Below, one piece after another: positions 1-17,799 of a DNA stretch of 64,000 nt (position 1 is the stretch's first letter; the number at the start of each line of letters is the position of its first letter). The position numbers and the translations under genes are program-made. The stretch is taken from NCBI GenBank assembly GCA_964016885.1, contig OZ024766.1:1364001-1428000 (forward strand), given 5' to 3'. The DNA comes from Eledone cirrhosa (Eukaryota). The notes under the pieces were generated by a model. That model worked only from the letters and a program-made list of their open reading frames with translations. It was not told where the DNA came from and ran no database searches.

Positions 1-5380
<5,380 letters not shown>

Positions 5381-5411
5381 AGAAGTAGTTCCACAACTGT
5401 TAGTTCACCAT

Positions 5412-5454
5412 ACCGAGGACAATTGTTTCACCTTTTCCGGATCTTCAGCTCGGT
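5412..5454 (-). ncRNA. Type I minimal hammerhead ribozyme
   Basis: Reverse complement ACCGAG-CTGAAGA-TCCGGAAAAGGT-GAAAC-AATT-GTC-CTCGGT: 6-bp stem I, intact core, palindromic loop 3, GUC site; stem II is weak. Confidence 0.75.
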
Positions 5455-5485
5455 TGTACAGAAAAGGAAAAACAACTTCATTTAG

Positions 5486-5527
5486 ACCGACCTGAAGATC
5501 CGCTAAGGTGAAACAATTGTCCTCGGT
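5486..5527 (+). ncRNA. Type I minimal hammerhead ribozyme (inverted copy)
   Basis: ACCGAC-CTGAAGA-TCCGCTAAGGT-GAAAC-AATT-GTC-CTCGGT; one mismatch in stem I. Confidence 0.65.
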
Positions 5528-5871
5528 ATGGCGAACTAACTGTTGTCGAACCACTTATACCAAACTCGTCCCATGGACTGAGTGCTCTACTGCTACTGAT
5601 ATAACCCTCCAGTGTTCTGCTATTATATATCTCATCACCACCACCACCACTACACCACCACCACTACCACCGCCACTACACCACCACCACCACCTACACC
5701 ACCACCGTTATCATCTACTGGAATAATCACCTTCGACAGCGCCGGAGGACCTCTGAACTACCTACACAGGGCTCACATTGTCAACGAGAGCGAGAGCATT
5801 TTATACCTTATCAGGGACTTTATCAAGGTCAAGAGGGCAATTGGAAATTTGTAGAGGGTTTGAAAGGTCAC

Positions 5872-6236
5872 GGTGGTGGTGGTGGTGGTGTGGTGGTGGT
5901 GTGGTGGTGGTGGTGGTGGTGGTGTGGTGGTGGTGGTGGTGGTGTGGTGGTGGTGGTGGTGGTGGTAGTGTTGGTGTGGTGGTGGTGGTGGTGGTGATGG
6001 TGGTGGTGGTTATGATGGTGGTGGTAGTGGTGGTGGTGGTGGTGGTGTGGTAGTGTGGTGGTGGTGGTGGTTATGATGGTGGCGGTAGTGGTGGTGTGCT
6101 CGTGGTGGTGTGGTGGTGGTGGTGGTGATGATGGTGGTATAGGTGTGGTCGTGGTTGTAATGGTGGAGGTGGTGGTATTGGTGTTGGTGGTGTGGTGGTG
6201 TTGGTGTTGGTGTGGAGGTGGTGGTGTCGGTGGTGG
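5872..6236. repeat. (GGT)n low-complexity tract; complementary (ACC)n tract at 5635-5706
   Basis: Directly visible. Confidence 0.95.
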
Positions 6237-6508
6237 CTTGGTCTGGCACTAAGTATGTGTTCGTGATGAGATAAGGGGGACCTGCCTTGATGCAGGAGCA
6301 TATTAGTAGTTATCAGCGCCCTCTCACGGCACACACTGACAGACACATACACATACATACACACATATATATATATGTATGTATGTATTTATATATGTGT
6401 GTATGTATATATATGTATGTATGTATGTATTTATATATGTGTGTGTGTGTATATTTATTTATATATATATATATATTTGTATATATACATATGTATATAT
6501 ATATATAT

Positions 6509-6556
6509 CCAAACCCATGCAAGGGTGGAAGATGGACGTTAAACGATGATGATGAT
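6509..6556 (+). mobile_element. RTE-type 3' tail fragment ending in (GAT)n
   Basis: CCCATGCAAGGGTGGAAGATGGACGTTAAACGATGATGAT resembles the LINE end at 9538-9594. Confidence 0.8.
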
Positions 6557-6561
6557 ATATA

Positions 6562-6812
6562 TCATCATCATCATCATCCTCATTTCACGTCCACTTTTCC
6601 CTGCTTGCAAGGGTGGGACGGGAACTGATGCTGGCTTGATCTCTACAGCTGGATGCCCTTCCTAACACCAACCTCATTTACAGTGAGTGCTGGGTGTTTT
6701 TTTGCCGTGGCACCTCCACAACCACTTTGCAGTGGAATGATAGGGACCCCAGTCCCTATCATCGCTTTTCTACAGCTGAGTAAACTGGAGCAATGTGAAA
6801 TAAACATCACCC
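6562..6812 (-). mobile_element. SINE with RTE-derived 3' tail (5'-truncated)
   Basis: Reverse complement matches the body of the SINE at 17371-17768; tail matches the RTE 3' end. Confidence 0.85.
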
Positions 6813-6817
6813 GGTCT

Positions 6818-6875
<58 letters not shown>

Positions 6876-7080
6876 TATATACATATATGTATATATATAT
6901 ATACATATATGTATATATATATATATATGTATATATATACATATATATATATACATATATATATATATGTATATATATACATACATATATGTATATATAT
7001 ATATATATGTATATATATACATACATATATGTATATATATATATATATATATATACATACATACATATATACATACATAC

Positions 7081-9573
7081 TTCCAGAAACCTGCCAATCA
7101 CCTAATAACCTACAAATCTGGTGAGCACATAAGCCAGATTGACTTCCTGCTAGTTAGGCAGCGGGACAGGCAGATAGTGTCTAATACCAAGGCATACCCT
7201 GGGGAAGAATGTACCCCACAGCATAGGTTAGTTGTTAGTGATATCTCAGTAAGCAAGAGATGGAATGAGACATATAGGAAGGTGTGGAGAAGAAAGGTCT
7301 GGAAGCTAAAAGACCTTTCACTAAAATTCAAATTTAGGAAAGCCCTTCAAGATGTATATGACGAAAAAGAAGACGATTTAGAGACGTATGACATAGATAA
7401 TAACTGGAAGTTCTTACGTGACAACTTGCTGAAGGCTACTGATGAAACCTGTGGCTGGAGCAGAGCTCCAACCAGACAGAGAGTGACCTGGTGGTGGAAC
7501 AGCAGTGTAGATAAGGCTATTAGAGACAAAAGACTAGCATGGAAGGCTTGGAATAAGGGTGGGAGTAGGGAAGAATATACAGCCACTAAGAGAGAAGCTA
7601 GACGTCAGGTGTACTTAGCACGCAGGGAGGCAGAGAGTAGGAGGTTTGCCAATGTTCTGCGACGGGAAGATCAGAGGCGTGCGGTGTTCCACATTGCAAG
7701 GCAGTGTGTCAATGCAAATCAGGATGTTGTTGGTGATAAATGTGTCCGGGATGATGCCGGTGTACTTAGTGTCACGAATGACCAGAAAAAGGAGGCCTGG
7801 AAATGTCATTATGAGAGACTGATGAATGTGGAGAACGAATGGGAGAGAGAGAAATTACCCTTGGTAGATCCGACAGAGGGACCAGCTATTGAGATTGACG
7901 AATATAGGGTCCAAGAGGCGATTAGGGAAATGAAAAATGGTAAGGCGGCCGGACCATCGGGAATAGTTGCTGAGATGCTGAAGGCATCAGGGGACGTAGG
8001 CACTAAACTGGTTGCACGCATAATCAATCAGGCTATATATGGTGGTGTCATACCCAAAGACTGGTGCAGCAGTATTCTCATAAATTGCTACAAAGGTAAA
8101 GGGGATGCTTTGGAGAGGAGCAATTATAGGGGTATAAAACTGATAGATCAGGTTATGAAAGTGGCAGAAAGGATTCTAGCACAACTAATTAGAGAAAGGG
8201 TCAAACTAGATGAGATGCAGTTTGGTTTTGTGCCTGGGAAGAGTACAACAGATGCCCTCTTCTTGGTGAGACAAATGCAAGAGAGGTTCTTAGAGAAGAA
8301 TAAGCCACTATACTTAGCCTTTGTTGACCTAGAGAAGGCCTTTGATAGGGTACCCCGATCTGTCATCTGGTGGTCCCTAAGGAAGCTGGGTGTTGAGGAA
8401 TGGCTTGTAAGGACAGTGCAAACTTTGTACAGAGGTACTCTCAGTAAAGTCAGGGTAGGAATGGAGTTTAGTGAGGAATTCCAGATACAAGTAGGAGTAC
8501 ATCAGGGTTCGGTCCTCAGCCCGCTCTTGTTCATTATAGTCCTCCAAGCCATAACAGAGGAGTTTAAGACTGGCTGTCCATGGGAACTTCTCTATGCTGA
8601 CGATCTGGCTCTTATGGCAGAATCAGTAGAGGAGCTAGAGAATAAATTCCGGCTATGGAAACAGCAGTTGGAAGCAAGAGGACTGAGAGTAAATCTAGCT
8701 AAGACAAAAGTGTTGATGAGTAGAAAAGAGGACAAAACCCTGATTCCGTCAGGGAAATGGCCATGTTCGATATGCAGAAAAGGAACTGGCATAAATTCTA
8801 TAAAATGCACACAATGTAGGTCCTGGGTACACAAGAGATGTAGCGGGATAGCAGGCAAACTAACAGGTAGGGAGAAATATGTATGCAGTAGATGTACAGG
8901 GAAATTAGACAGTAGAAGTCGCACTGATAGACACATTTTTCAAATGCGAGAGGGCGCTATAGAAGTGGTGGATAGCTTCCGGTACCTAGGAGATCAGATT
9001 AGCATGGGAGGAGGGTGTTCCGAGGCCATAGTATCTAGAATAAGGACGGGTTGGAAGAAGTTTAGGGAGCTGCTTCCTCTGTTGACGAAGAAGGGTTTCT
9101 CCCTGCGTACGAAAGGCCGGTTGTATGATGCCTGTGTGAGGAGCGCGATGCTGCATGGTAGTGCGACATGGGCAGCTACCGCAGAAGATATGCGACGGCT
9201 GGAGAGAAATGAGGCAAGCATGCTCCGTTGGATGTGCAGTGTAAATGTGCGTGAACGACCCAGCATAAATGTGTTGAGAGAGAAACTGTGTCTGAGAGGG
9301 ATAGAATGTAGTGTACGGGAGAGGAGACTGAGGTGGTATGGACATGTGATGCGCATGGAGGATGACCGATGGGTGAAGAAGTGCCAGGAAATGCCAGTTG
9401 AAGGAAGACGTGGTAGAGGTAGACCACGAAAAACATGGGCGGAGGTGGTGAGAACAGACCTCAGATCATTGAAGCTCACGGTGGAGATGACGAGGGACCG
9501 TGACGAGTGGAGAGATGCTGTGCTGAATAAGACCTCCCACCCTTGCAAGCAGGGAAAAGCGGACGTAAAATGA
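7081..9573 (+). CDS. LINE endonuclease (partial) / reverse transcriptase ORF with internal PHD-like zinc finger
   Basis: Motifs [42 protein letters not shown] (8593-8604), [23 protein letters not shown]; no stops until the TGA in the tail. The listed ORF start at 6967 is microsatellite read-through. Confidence 0.93.
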   Translation, partial: FQKPANHLITYKSGEHISQIDFLLVRQRDRQIVSNTKAYPGEECTPQHRLVVSDISVSKRWNETYRKVWRRKVWKLKDLSLKFKFRKALQDVYDEKEDDLETYDIDNNWKFLRDNLLKATDETCGWSRAPTRQRVTWWWNSSVDKAIRDKRLAWKAWNKGGSREEYTATKREARRQVYLARREAESRRFANVLRREDQRRAVFHIARQCVNANQDVVGDKCVRDDAGVLSVTNDQKKEAWKCHYERLMNVENEWEREKLPLVDPTEGPAIEIDEYRVQEAIREMKNGKAAGPSGIVAEMLKASGDVGTKLVARIINQAIYGGVIPKDWCSSILINCYKGKGDALERSNYRGIKLIDQVMKVAERILAQLIRERVKLDEMQFGFVPGKSTTDALFLVRQMQERFLEKNKPLYLAFVDLEKAFDRVPRSVIWWSLRKLGVEEWLVRTVQTLYRGTLSKVRVGMEFSEEFQIQVGVHQGSVLSPLLFIIVLQAITEEFKTGCPWELLYADDLALMAESVEELENKFRLWKQQLEARGLRVNLAKTKVLMSRKEDKTLIPSGKWPCSICRKGTGINSIKCTQCRSWVHKRCSGIAGKLTGREKYVCSRCTGKLDSRSRTDRHIFQMREGAIEVVDSFRYLGDQISMGGGCSEAIVSRIRTGWKKFRELLPLLTKKGFSLRTKGRLYDACVRSAMLHGSATWAATAEDMRRLERNEASMLRWMCSVNVRERPSINVLREKLCLRGIECSVRERRLRWYGHVMRMEDDRWVKKCQEMPVEGRRGRGRPRKTWAEVVRTDLRSLKLTVEMTRDRDEWRDAVLNKTSHPCKQGKADVK

Positions 9574-9594
9574 TGATGATGATGATGATGATGA
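7081..9594 (+). mobile_element. 5'-truncated RTE-clade LINE
   Basis: Open frame from the APE C-terminus (TYKSG..SQIDFLL..HRLVV) through RT; (GAT)n tail; inserted in a TA-rich microsatellite. Confidence 0.95.
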
Positions 9595-9634
9595 TATATG
9601 TATATATATATATATATGTATATATATACATACA

Positions 9635-9695
<61 letters not shown>

Positions 9696-9712
9696 GTATA
9701 TATATACATACA

Positions 9713-9809
<97 letters not shown>

Positions 9810-9834
9810 GTATATATATATATATATGTATATA

Positions 9835-9909
<75 letters not shown>

Positions 9910-9917
9910 GTATATAT

Positions 9918-9972
<55 letters not shown>

Positions 9973-10001
9973 TGTATGTATATATATACATATATATATA
10001 C

Positions 10002-10088
<87 letters not shown>

Positions 10089-10105
10089 TGTATGTATATA
10101 TATAC

Positions 10106-10136
<31 letters not shown>

Positions 10137-10137
10137 C

Positions 10138-10182
<45 letters not shown>

Positions 10183-10319
10183 TGTATGTATATATATACA
10201 TATATATATACATATATGTATGTATATATATACATATATGTATGTATATATATACATATATATATACATATATATATGTATATATATACATATATATATA
10301 CATATATATATATATATAC

Positions 10320-10350
<31 letters not shown>

Positions 10351-10363
10351 CATATATATATAC

Positions 10364-10412
<49 letters not shown>

Positions 10413-10771
10413 CACACATATATGTATATATATACATATATACATATATATTTACATATATATATATATACATATATACTTACATATATATATATATATA
10501 CATATATACATGTATACATATATACATATATATATGTATACATATATACATATATATGTATACATATATACATATATATGTATACATATATACATATATA
10601 TGTATACATATATACATTGTATTACATGTATACATATATATCTATACATGTATACATATATATATGTTACATTATATACATATATATACATACATATATA
10701 TACATATATATATACATATATACATATATATACATACATATATATACATATTTATATACATATATATACAC

Positions 10772-10820
<49 letters not shown>

Positions 10821-10850
10821 CACATATAATATACACACACTTATATGTAG
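9595..10850. repeat. TA/TACA compound microsatellite
   Basis: Directly visible. Confidence 0.97.
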
Positions 10851-11047
10851 AGAGAGAGGGTGTTTCCAAATGAATCATCTGCATTTGTTTACAAGGTTTA
10901 CAAATGTTTAATATGTAAATAACTTTATAAAAATTGATAAAAGTTATGAAAAGGATAAGAGTTTATGTTAGGTCATCTATTGTGCAACTCACCTCATGAT
11001 TATATGGCCATTTGTGTAGAAAATATAATCTTTTGAATACTCTTGCT

Positions 11048-11610
11048 AGATATATATATAGGTAGATAGATAGATAGATATATAGGTAGCTAGATATATA
11101 TAGATATATTTCTTTATTTGCCACAAGGGCGCATAAGGGGACAAAACAAAGGCACATGCCGTGGATTTTACATACAGTCGTGTAAAAATATGAAACAAAC
11201 AAATTCATCAATTGAAATCCCCAATAGAGGGGAGGTGCCACAAATGGGTTGTTTAATACCCCATAGATAGAACAACCCTCAACTCCAGGAGCGTATTGTG
11301 CAAGTGGTCTTTTCTTCCTTTTGCTCTCTTCCTCAACCTACAGGTTTATATACAGAGAAGGCCCAATCACTGGGGCCATTCTCACCACATTCACCCACCT
11401 TTCAGTAAATTTACTGGGGTGCAGTACCTCTCTTTCCACTCTGATTCTGCTTCTAATGTGGTACCTAAAGAAGGGAATGAGTTGTCTGGAGAGAAAGGCA
11501 TCTTTCCTCAGTCCTCTCAACCTTCTCCACCATATAACCTCTTTTACCATAGTACAGAGGAAAACTGCCTCTCTTTCGATTTTGAAAGAAGGTGGCGGTT
11601 TGATCCTTAC
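11048..11610 (-). mobile_element. Tx1/L1-type LINE 3' fragment with (TATC)n tail
   Basis: Minus-strand peptide [27 protein letters not shown] resembles a Tx1 ORF2 C-terminus; AATAAAGAAA then TATC repeats; inverted near-copy of 19120-19642. Confidence 0.75.
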
Positions 11611-11860
11611 TAGAGAGAGATAGAGAGGGAGAGAGAGAGATATTTACAAAAATTATTATTTAAAACACCACATTTCAGAAGAATGAAATCATAATTTGTT
11701 ACATAACACTGACACACGTTCCTTTGTATGTGTTATATACTAATCACGGATCTATATACTAGTCACGGATCACTAATATTTGACTACCTCAATGAAATTA
11801 TCTCAAATCCAATTACTTTTAAAAAAATCATATATAGACACAACATATTTTCAAACTGGA

Positions 11861-11937
11861 ATGCTGTGCTGAATAGGACCCGTCCAACCCTTGCAAGCAG
11901 GGAAACGCGGACGTAAAATGATGATGATGATGATGAT
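11861..11937 (+). mobile_element. Very short 3' end of the RTE LINE
   Basis: ATGCTGTGCTGAATA..CCCTTGCAAGCAGGGAAACGCGGACGTAAAATGATGATG is nearly identical to 9515-9590. Confidence 0.9.
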
Positions 11938-11947
11938 ATATATATAT

Positions 11948-12200
11948 CTAAAGTCTGCCTTAAGCCAGAAGGCTCATTTGGCCGGTGCTTTTCCGGTTTC
12001 ATGGAGTGAAGTGACTGAGAGTACAAGACTCCCCCCTGGATAGGACACCAGTCCATGGCAGGGTTAACCTCCAGCTATTACTGGTACTCATTTTCAGCTG
12101 AGTATACTGGAGCAACTTGAAATGAAGTGTTTTGCTCAAGAACACAACACACAACCCAGGAATCAAACTCACAACATAATGATCATAAGTCCAGCACCCT
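11948..12200 (-). mobile_element. tRNA-headed SINE (family 2)
   Basis: Reverse complement of the copy at 41621-41833. Confidence 0.85.
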
Positions 12201-12204
12201 TTAT

Positions 12205-12482
12205 GGAGTTCATATCCCGCCGAGGTTAACTTTGCCTTTCATCCTTATGGTGGTTGATAAAATAAAGTACCAGTAATACACTGGGGTAACTGCTGGCCTT
12301 GTGCCAAAAGTAGAAACAATTATATTATTATATTTTATATAATAAAGTACCAGTAATACACTAGGGTAATTGCTGGCCTTGTGCCAAAAGTAGAAACAAT
12401 TATATTATTATATTTTATACAATAAAGTACCAGTAATACACTGGAATAATTGCTGGCCTTGTGCCAAAAGTAGAAACAATTA
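12205..12482 (+). mobile_element. SINE (family 3) with triplicated 3' end
   Basis: CTTTGCCTTTCATCC..GATAAAATAAAGTACC core; 3' unit ending GTGCCAAAAGTAGAAACAATTA present 3 times. Confidence 0.85.
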
Positions 12483-12774
12483 CTGCCACACAGCAACACA
12501 CTTTGTTCCGTGCCGTCATAATGGTTTTCTTAACGTTAACCCTTTGTGGTTGATAAAAAAAATATTTGTAATAATTCTAACTGTTGTATACATATATTCA
12601 AACAGATCCCGCCCTCGTAATTAACCGTCGGGCTCACCTTCGCCCTTGCTTTCACTAACGTTACATAATCACATGTAGAAGCAACTAATTAGACCTATTA
12701 ACATAATTTAACGACAAACGCTAATTACCAACGGTTAGGTTTAGTTTTGTTGTTGCCAACAAATATACAACTAA

Positions 12775-13051
12775 AAAAAGCACCCAGTCCACACTGTAAA
12801 GTGGTCGTGTAGGTGTCACAACAGAAAGCACCCAGTCCACACTGTAAAGTGGTCATGTAGGCGCCATGGAAAAAAAGTACCCAGCACTCACTATAAACGA
12901 GGTTGGTGTTAGGAAGGGTATCCAGCTGTAGAAAGCAAGCCAGAATCAGTTCCCAACTGGAATCAGTTCTCAACTGGACACTGCCCACAACAGGACAACC
13001 CGTCTAACCCATGCTAGCGTGGAAGAACGGACGTAACATGATGATGATGAT
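12775..13051 (+). mobile_element. SINE (family 1) 3' half with RTE tail
   Basis: GGTGTTAGGAAGGGTATCCAGCTGTAG..CCCATGCTAGCGTGGAAG..GGACGT..(GAT)n. Confidence 0.85.
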
Positions 13052-13481
13052 GTATCTGCTCTAGTCAGTCTTAAAGGTAGCACCAGCCCCCATTTAAGGT
13101 ACAGTAACGAGCCCCAGGTATGCCCTAGTCGGTCCTAACGGTAGCAGCAATCCTATATAAAACTGTGTCATTTAAGGTTCAGTAATTTTACCTCTGTGAG
13201 ATCCTGCATCCTGGGTGGTTGCCAAGTTGGCCTTGATGGTAGCATCGACTCCCAAGACAGCTACTACCTTCCTCTCACCAGTTTCTAAAGCCGTAGAAGG
13301 GGTTTAAAGTATTGCTCTCTTCTAACAAACGAAAAAAAGGGGGTAAAGAATCCCCCATTTTTTTTCTAGTCTACAGCTGTTTCTGTCACCAGAGCTAATT
13401 TCCGTAAAAACCTGTCACTTTGTATTAAACTCTCTCACATACATGTTTGTGTGTATGTGTGTATATATGTGTATGTGTGTG

Positions 13482-13565
<84 letters not shown>

Positions 13566-13649
13566 CGTGTGTATATATATATATATGTGTGTGCGTGTGT
13601 GTATAAATATATATGTGTATGTGTGTGTGTATATATATATATATGTGTA

Positions 13650-13725
<76 letters not shown>

Positions 13726-13821
13726 AAAGGCATGTATTGAGTTAGAAACTCAAAATAGTCTCTTACAATAAAACAATAAAATTAACTCTAGGAAAGAGCT
13801 TTTTCCGAGCCGTATATTATG

Positions 13822-14203
13822 ACTGAAGAAAAAAAGAAAAACGAACGCTGACATATACATATATGTGTTCAAATCGTAAGGGGCCATATACGCACACTAT
13901 CCAGTTTTTTAATATACTTAGATGTGACCAGGATACTAATAATTCTTCACCCGCTGATGAGCTAGAATTTTGGTGTTCGTCTTCACGATTAATATTGCGA
14001 AACAGTATTATCAAAACTGTCCGGGTGATAGGTAGTTATCCCAATTCTGGTTTGTATTTATTTTTCTTGATTTATTCTTAAATTGAGTCTGGCAAACCCT
14101 ATTGTCTATAGTTAGTATTCTTTTCATCTTAGCGAATCTGGTCCCTTACGATTTGAACACATATATGTATATATCTGTGTTCGTTTTTCTTTTTTTGTTC
14201 AGT
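13822..14203. mobile_element. Inverted-repeat-flanked hammerhead-bearing element
   Basis: About 70-bp imperfect inverted repeats at 13822-13893 and 14132-14203 enclosing a hammerhead motif. Confidence 0.75.
13947..14028 (+). ncRNA. Type I hammerhead ribozyme, canonical stems
   Basis: TCACCCG-CTGATGA-GC(34 nt)GC-GAAACAGT-ATTATCAAA-ACTGTC-CGGGTGA: 7-bp stem I, 5-bp stem III, GUC cleavage predicted after 14021. Confidence 0.85.
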
Positions 14204-14237
14204 TATATATATATATATATATATATAAGGTATATAT

Positions 14238-14287
<50 letters not shown>

Positions 14288-14443
14288 AGGTATATATGTA
14301 CTATATATATATATATATACATAAGGTATATATGTACTATATATATATATATATATACATAAGGTATATATGTACTATATATATATATATATATACATAA
14401 GGTATATATGTACTATATATATATATATACATAAGGTATATAT

Positions 14444-14532
<89 letters not shown>

Positions 14533-14617
14533 CTATGTATGTAGGAGTGTATGTATGTTTATTTGTATATGGGTATATATCATTGTATACACGCGGGGGG
14601 GGGGCGTAATCTCATTA

Positions 14618-14697
14618 TTTACAAGGACATTTTGAGAAAAAAAAAGAATTTTAGTACATTTCTTCATAAATTTATTTAAACCTAGACAATCTGTGAC

Positions 14698-14777
<80 letters not shown>

Positions 14778-14829
14778 GTGAAGAAATGTACTAAAATTCT
14801 TTTTTTTCTTCTCAAAATGTCCTTGTAAA
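14618..14829. repeat. About 50-bp inverted repeat around (TC)n(TA)n; MITE- or Penelope-like foldback
   Basis: TTTACAAGGACATTTTGAG..AGAATTTTAGTACATTTCTTCA and its reverse complement at 14777-14829. Confidence 0.7.
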
Positions 14830-15031
14830 ACCAAAGGGCGTTCAATAGGCCAGCAAATACCCTATTTTTTTTTTAATACGAAGGGGCGTCTTATACGAAG
14901 GAGAGCCTTATAGGAAGGGGCCAGCAAATACGCTAATTTTTTTTATTATACGAAGGGACGCCAGCAAATGCGTTATTATTATTATTTATTTTTTTTATTA
15001 CTTTTTTCTATATATTTTCACCTTTCAACAG

Positions 15032-15373
15032 GTAATGTACCTTTCCACGAGGTGATAGCTGTGACAGAATGTGAAGAGACGGTATTTGTACGAGGTAATG
15101 AAAGAAACACAAATGGTTCCAAGCGGTCGGCGTCAGTTCATCCGCTGTTTGTCGTACAAAAAGACGCCTGCTCACAGTTGGAAACCAACGGTAACCATTC
15201 ACGGACAATACTTGCCAACCAGAAAAACATAGATGACAGAGAATGCAGTTTTACTCTGCACTACATGAAACATTACAGTGGTGAGATGCTAGGCAGGGCG
15301 TCGGTGACATTCCAGGGACCAGCACACTTAAACAGGGAGTTTGCACAGGCCATACGAGACAGGATGACAATCA
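15032..15373 (+). CDS. CERK: CERK-like exon (PH-domain-like region)
   Basis: ttcaacAG acceptor, GTAAGT donor; [22 protein letters not shown]; phase joins the next exon. Confidence 0.8.
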
Positions 15374-15591
15374 GTAAGTATTTAAGATATGTTTCTGCTG
15401 TGGTTTAACCCTCACAATAATTCTACTACCTATTAATCTATCACCTTCTCTCTCTCTCTCTCTCTCTCACCCCGCTCTCTCACTCTCACTCCCTCTCTCT
15501 CCCATAAAATACACCCAGTACACTCTGTAAAGCAGTAGCACTGGTACCATCATTAAATACACGCTATAGTTGGGTATATTGGTATTTCATT

Positions 15592-15629
<38 letters not shown>

Positions 15630-17765
15630 AGAAACCAGTGCAGTTCCCATGCCTTTCGGAAACATTTTTTCACGCTCAGATTTGCTGAAGCATGGAACAA
15701 ACTACCTGCATCAGTTGTTAGCTGTCATGACACCTACATGACCACTTTACAGTGTGAACTGGGTACTTTTTGTCGTGACACCTACATGACCACTTTACAG
15801 TGTGGACTGGGTGTTTATTGTTGTGACACCTACATGACCACTTTACAGTGTGGACTGGGTACTTTTTGTTGTGACACCTACATGACCACTTTACAGTGTG
15901 GACTGGGTACTTTTTGTCGTGACACCTACATGACCACTTTACAGTGTGGACTGGGTGTTTATTGTTGTGACACCTACATGACCCCGCAGTAACATTCCCC
16001 CTATTAGAGATTTCAATTGTTATTTTATTTTATTTTATATATAGTTTATTGTTTTTTATTAATGTTATATGATTTTTATGTAAAACCCCCCGCTGTCACA
16101 TCTTGTATTGTCCCCATTTTTTGCGCGCCCCTGTGGCAAATAAATAAACATATCTATCTGCCTATCTATCTATCTATCTACCTGTCTATCTGCCTATCTG
16201 TCAGTCCCTAGTTACAATTATATATTTACCCACTTGACTGATATTAATCATACAACTAATTATACACTCACATCCTAGCACTCCTACACTCACACATATA
16301 TATATATATACATGTACAAAGTGAAACCTACAGTCAGTAGGCACCTCTTAACTAAATATACACCCCCAACCCACTACCCCTACTCCACCCTCCCACTCCC
16401 ACCAACACCACCCCTTTCTCTGTAAAGTTATGTTGGTACCACAACATCCAGTCCACACTAAAGAGGTCATATAGGTGTCATGACAAAAAACACACAGCCC
16501 ACATTGTAATGTGGTCGTGTAGGTAACACAGTAAAAAGGCTCCTAGTCCACAATCTAAATGTTGTTGGTGTTAGGAAGGACATCCAGCCGTAGAAAACCT
16601 GCCAGATCGTCCTATAAGATTCTATGTAAAACCCCCGCCGTCACATCTTGTAATGTCGCATTTTTTTGTACGCCCTTGTGGCAAATAAAGAAATATATCT
16701 ATCCATCCATCCATCAATCTATCTATATCTATAAAAAAAAAAAAGAAATATATCTATCTATATCCATCTATCTATCTACCTAGCTACCTATCGAGAATGG
16801 CTCGTGTAAATGGGCCTTCTCTGTATACCATCCTGTAGGTAAAGAAGTAAAGGAGAGGGGAGCACCTTCTCCATGTGCTCCCCGGGCAAAGGATTGCACA
16901 CTTTTTCGGGGGTGTGTGCAACCCCCATCACGTCCCCTCCCTTTTGAGGTTATTTTCGATTAATTTCATGTTACACCCTTTTTACTCGATTATATGTAAA
17001 CTCCCCCTTTGTATTTGTCCCTTCTTTTTATGCCTTTATGGTAAATAAAGAAATCTATCTATCTATCTATCCATCCACTCACCCTCTACTTCTCTATATT
17101 CCAGGCCAGAACCGACCCCAGCATTTATTAGCTTTCGTGAGCCCCAAGAGCGGAAAAAACAAAGGAGTGAAAATATTTCGTAATGATGTTCTACCAATTT
17201 TCGAACTTGCAGGAATTCAAGTCACAGAACTAAGTAAGATACTTTTAAAAAAGAACTTAACTATTGTTTATCCATGCCGATGGCGTGTCTGAGTAATTAA
17301 TCTCAAAGATAAAATATTCATATACGCATATACATACATACATTTATACAGATATATACATACACATACAGGAGGAACATGGCTTAGTGGTTAGAGCATT
17401 GGCCTTGCAATCGAAAGGTTGTGAGTTAAATTCTCGGACCGGGTGATGTGTTGTTTCCTTGAGCAAGACACTTTATTTCACATTGCTCCAGTTTACTCAG
17501 CTGTAGAAATGAGATGATAGGGACTGGGGTCCCTATCATTCCACTGTAAAGTGGTCGTGGAGGTGCCACGGCAAAAAAAGCACCCAGCCCACACTGTAAA
17601 TGAGGTTGGTGTTAGGAAGGGCATCCAGCTGTAGAGATCAAGCCAGAATCAGTTCCCGTATGAGCAAGACAAGGTCAGCCGACCGGACACTGCCCACAAC
17701 AGGACAACCCGTCTAACCCATACTAGCGTGGAAGAATGGACGTAAAACGGTGATGATGATGATGA

Positions 17766-17799
<34 letters not shown>

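Larger units (their letters stand above)
5381..5620. mobile_element. Foldback Penelope-like (pseudo-LTR) non-autonomous unit with two opposed hammerhead motifs
   Basis: About 70-bp inverted arms at 5383-5454 and 5486-5556; related copies at 27065-27200 and 45905-45934. Confidence 0.75.

Noticed and set aside
5706-5870. Unique segment between (ACC)n and (GGT)n as an exon
   Set aside because: No recognisable peptide or convincing splice sites.
11679-11725. Candidate upstream CERK-like exon
   Set aside because: AG/GT present but the phase does not fit and there is no recognisable homology.
14830-14970. GGGGCGTCTTATA / GCCAGCAAATAC short repeats as a DNA transposon remnant
   Set aside because: No termini identified; too little evidence.
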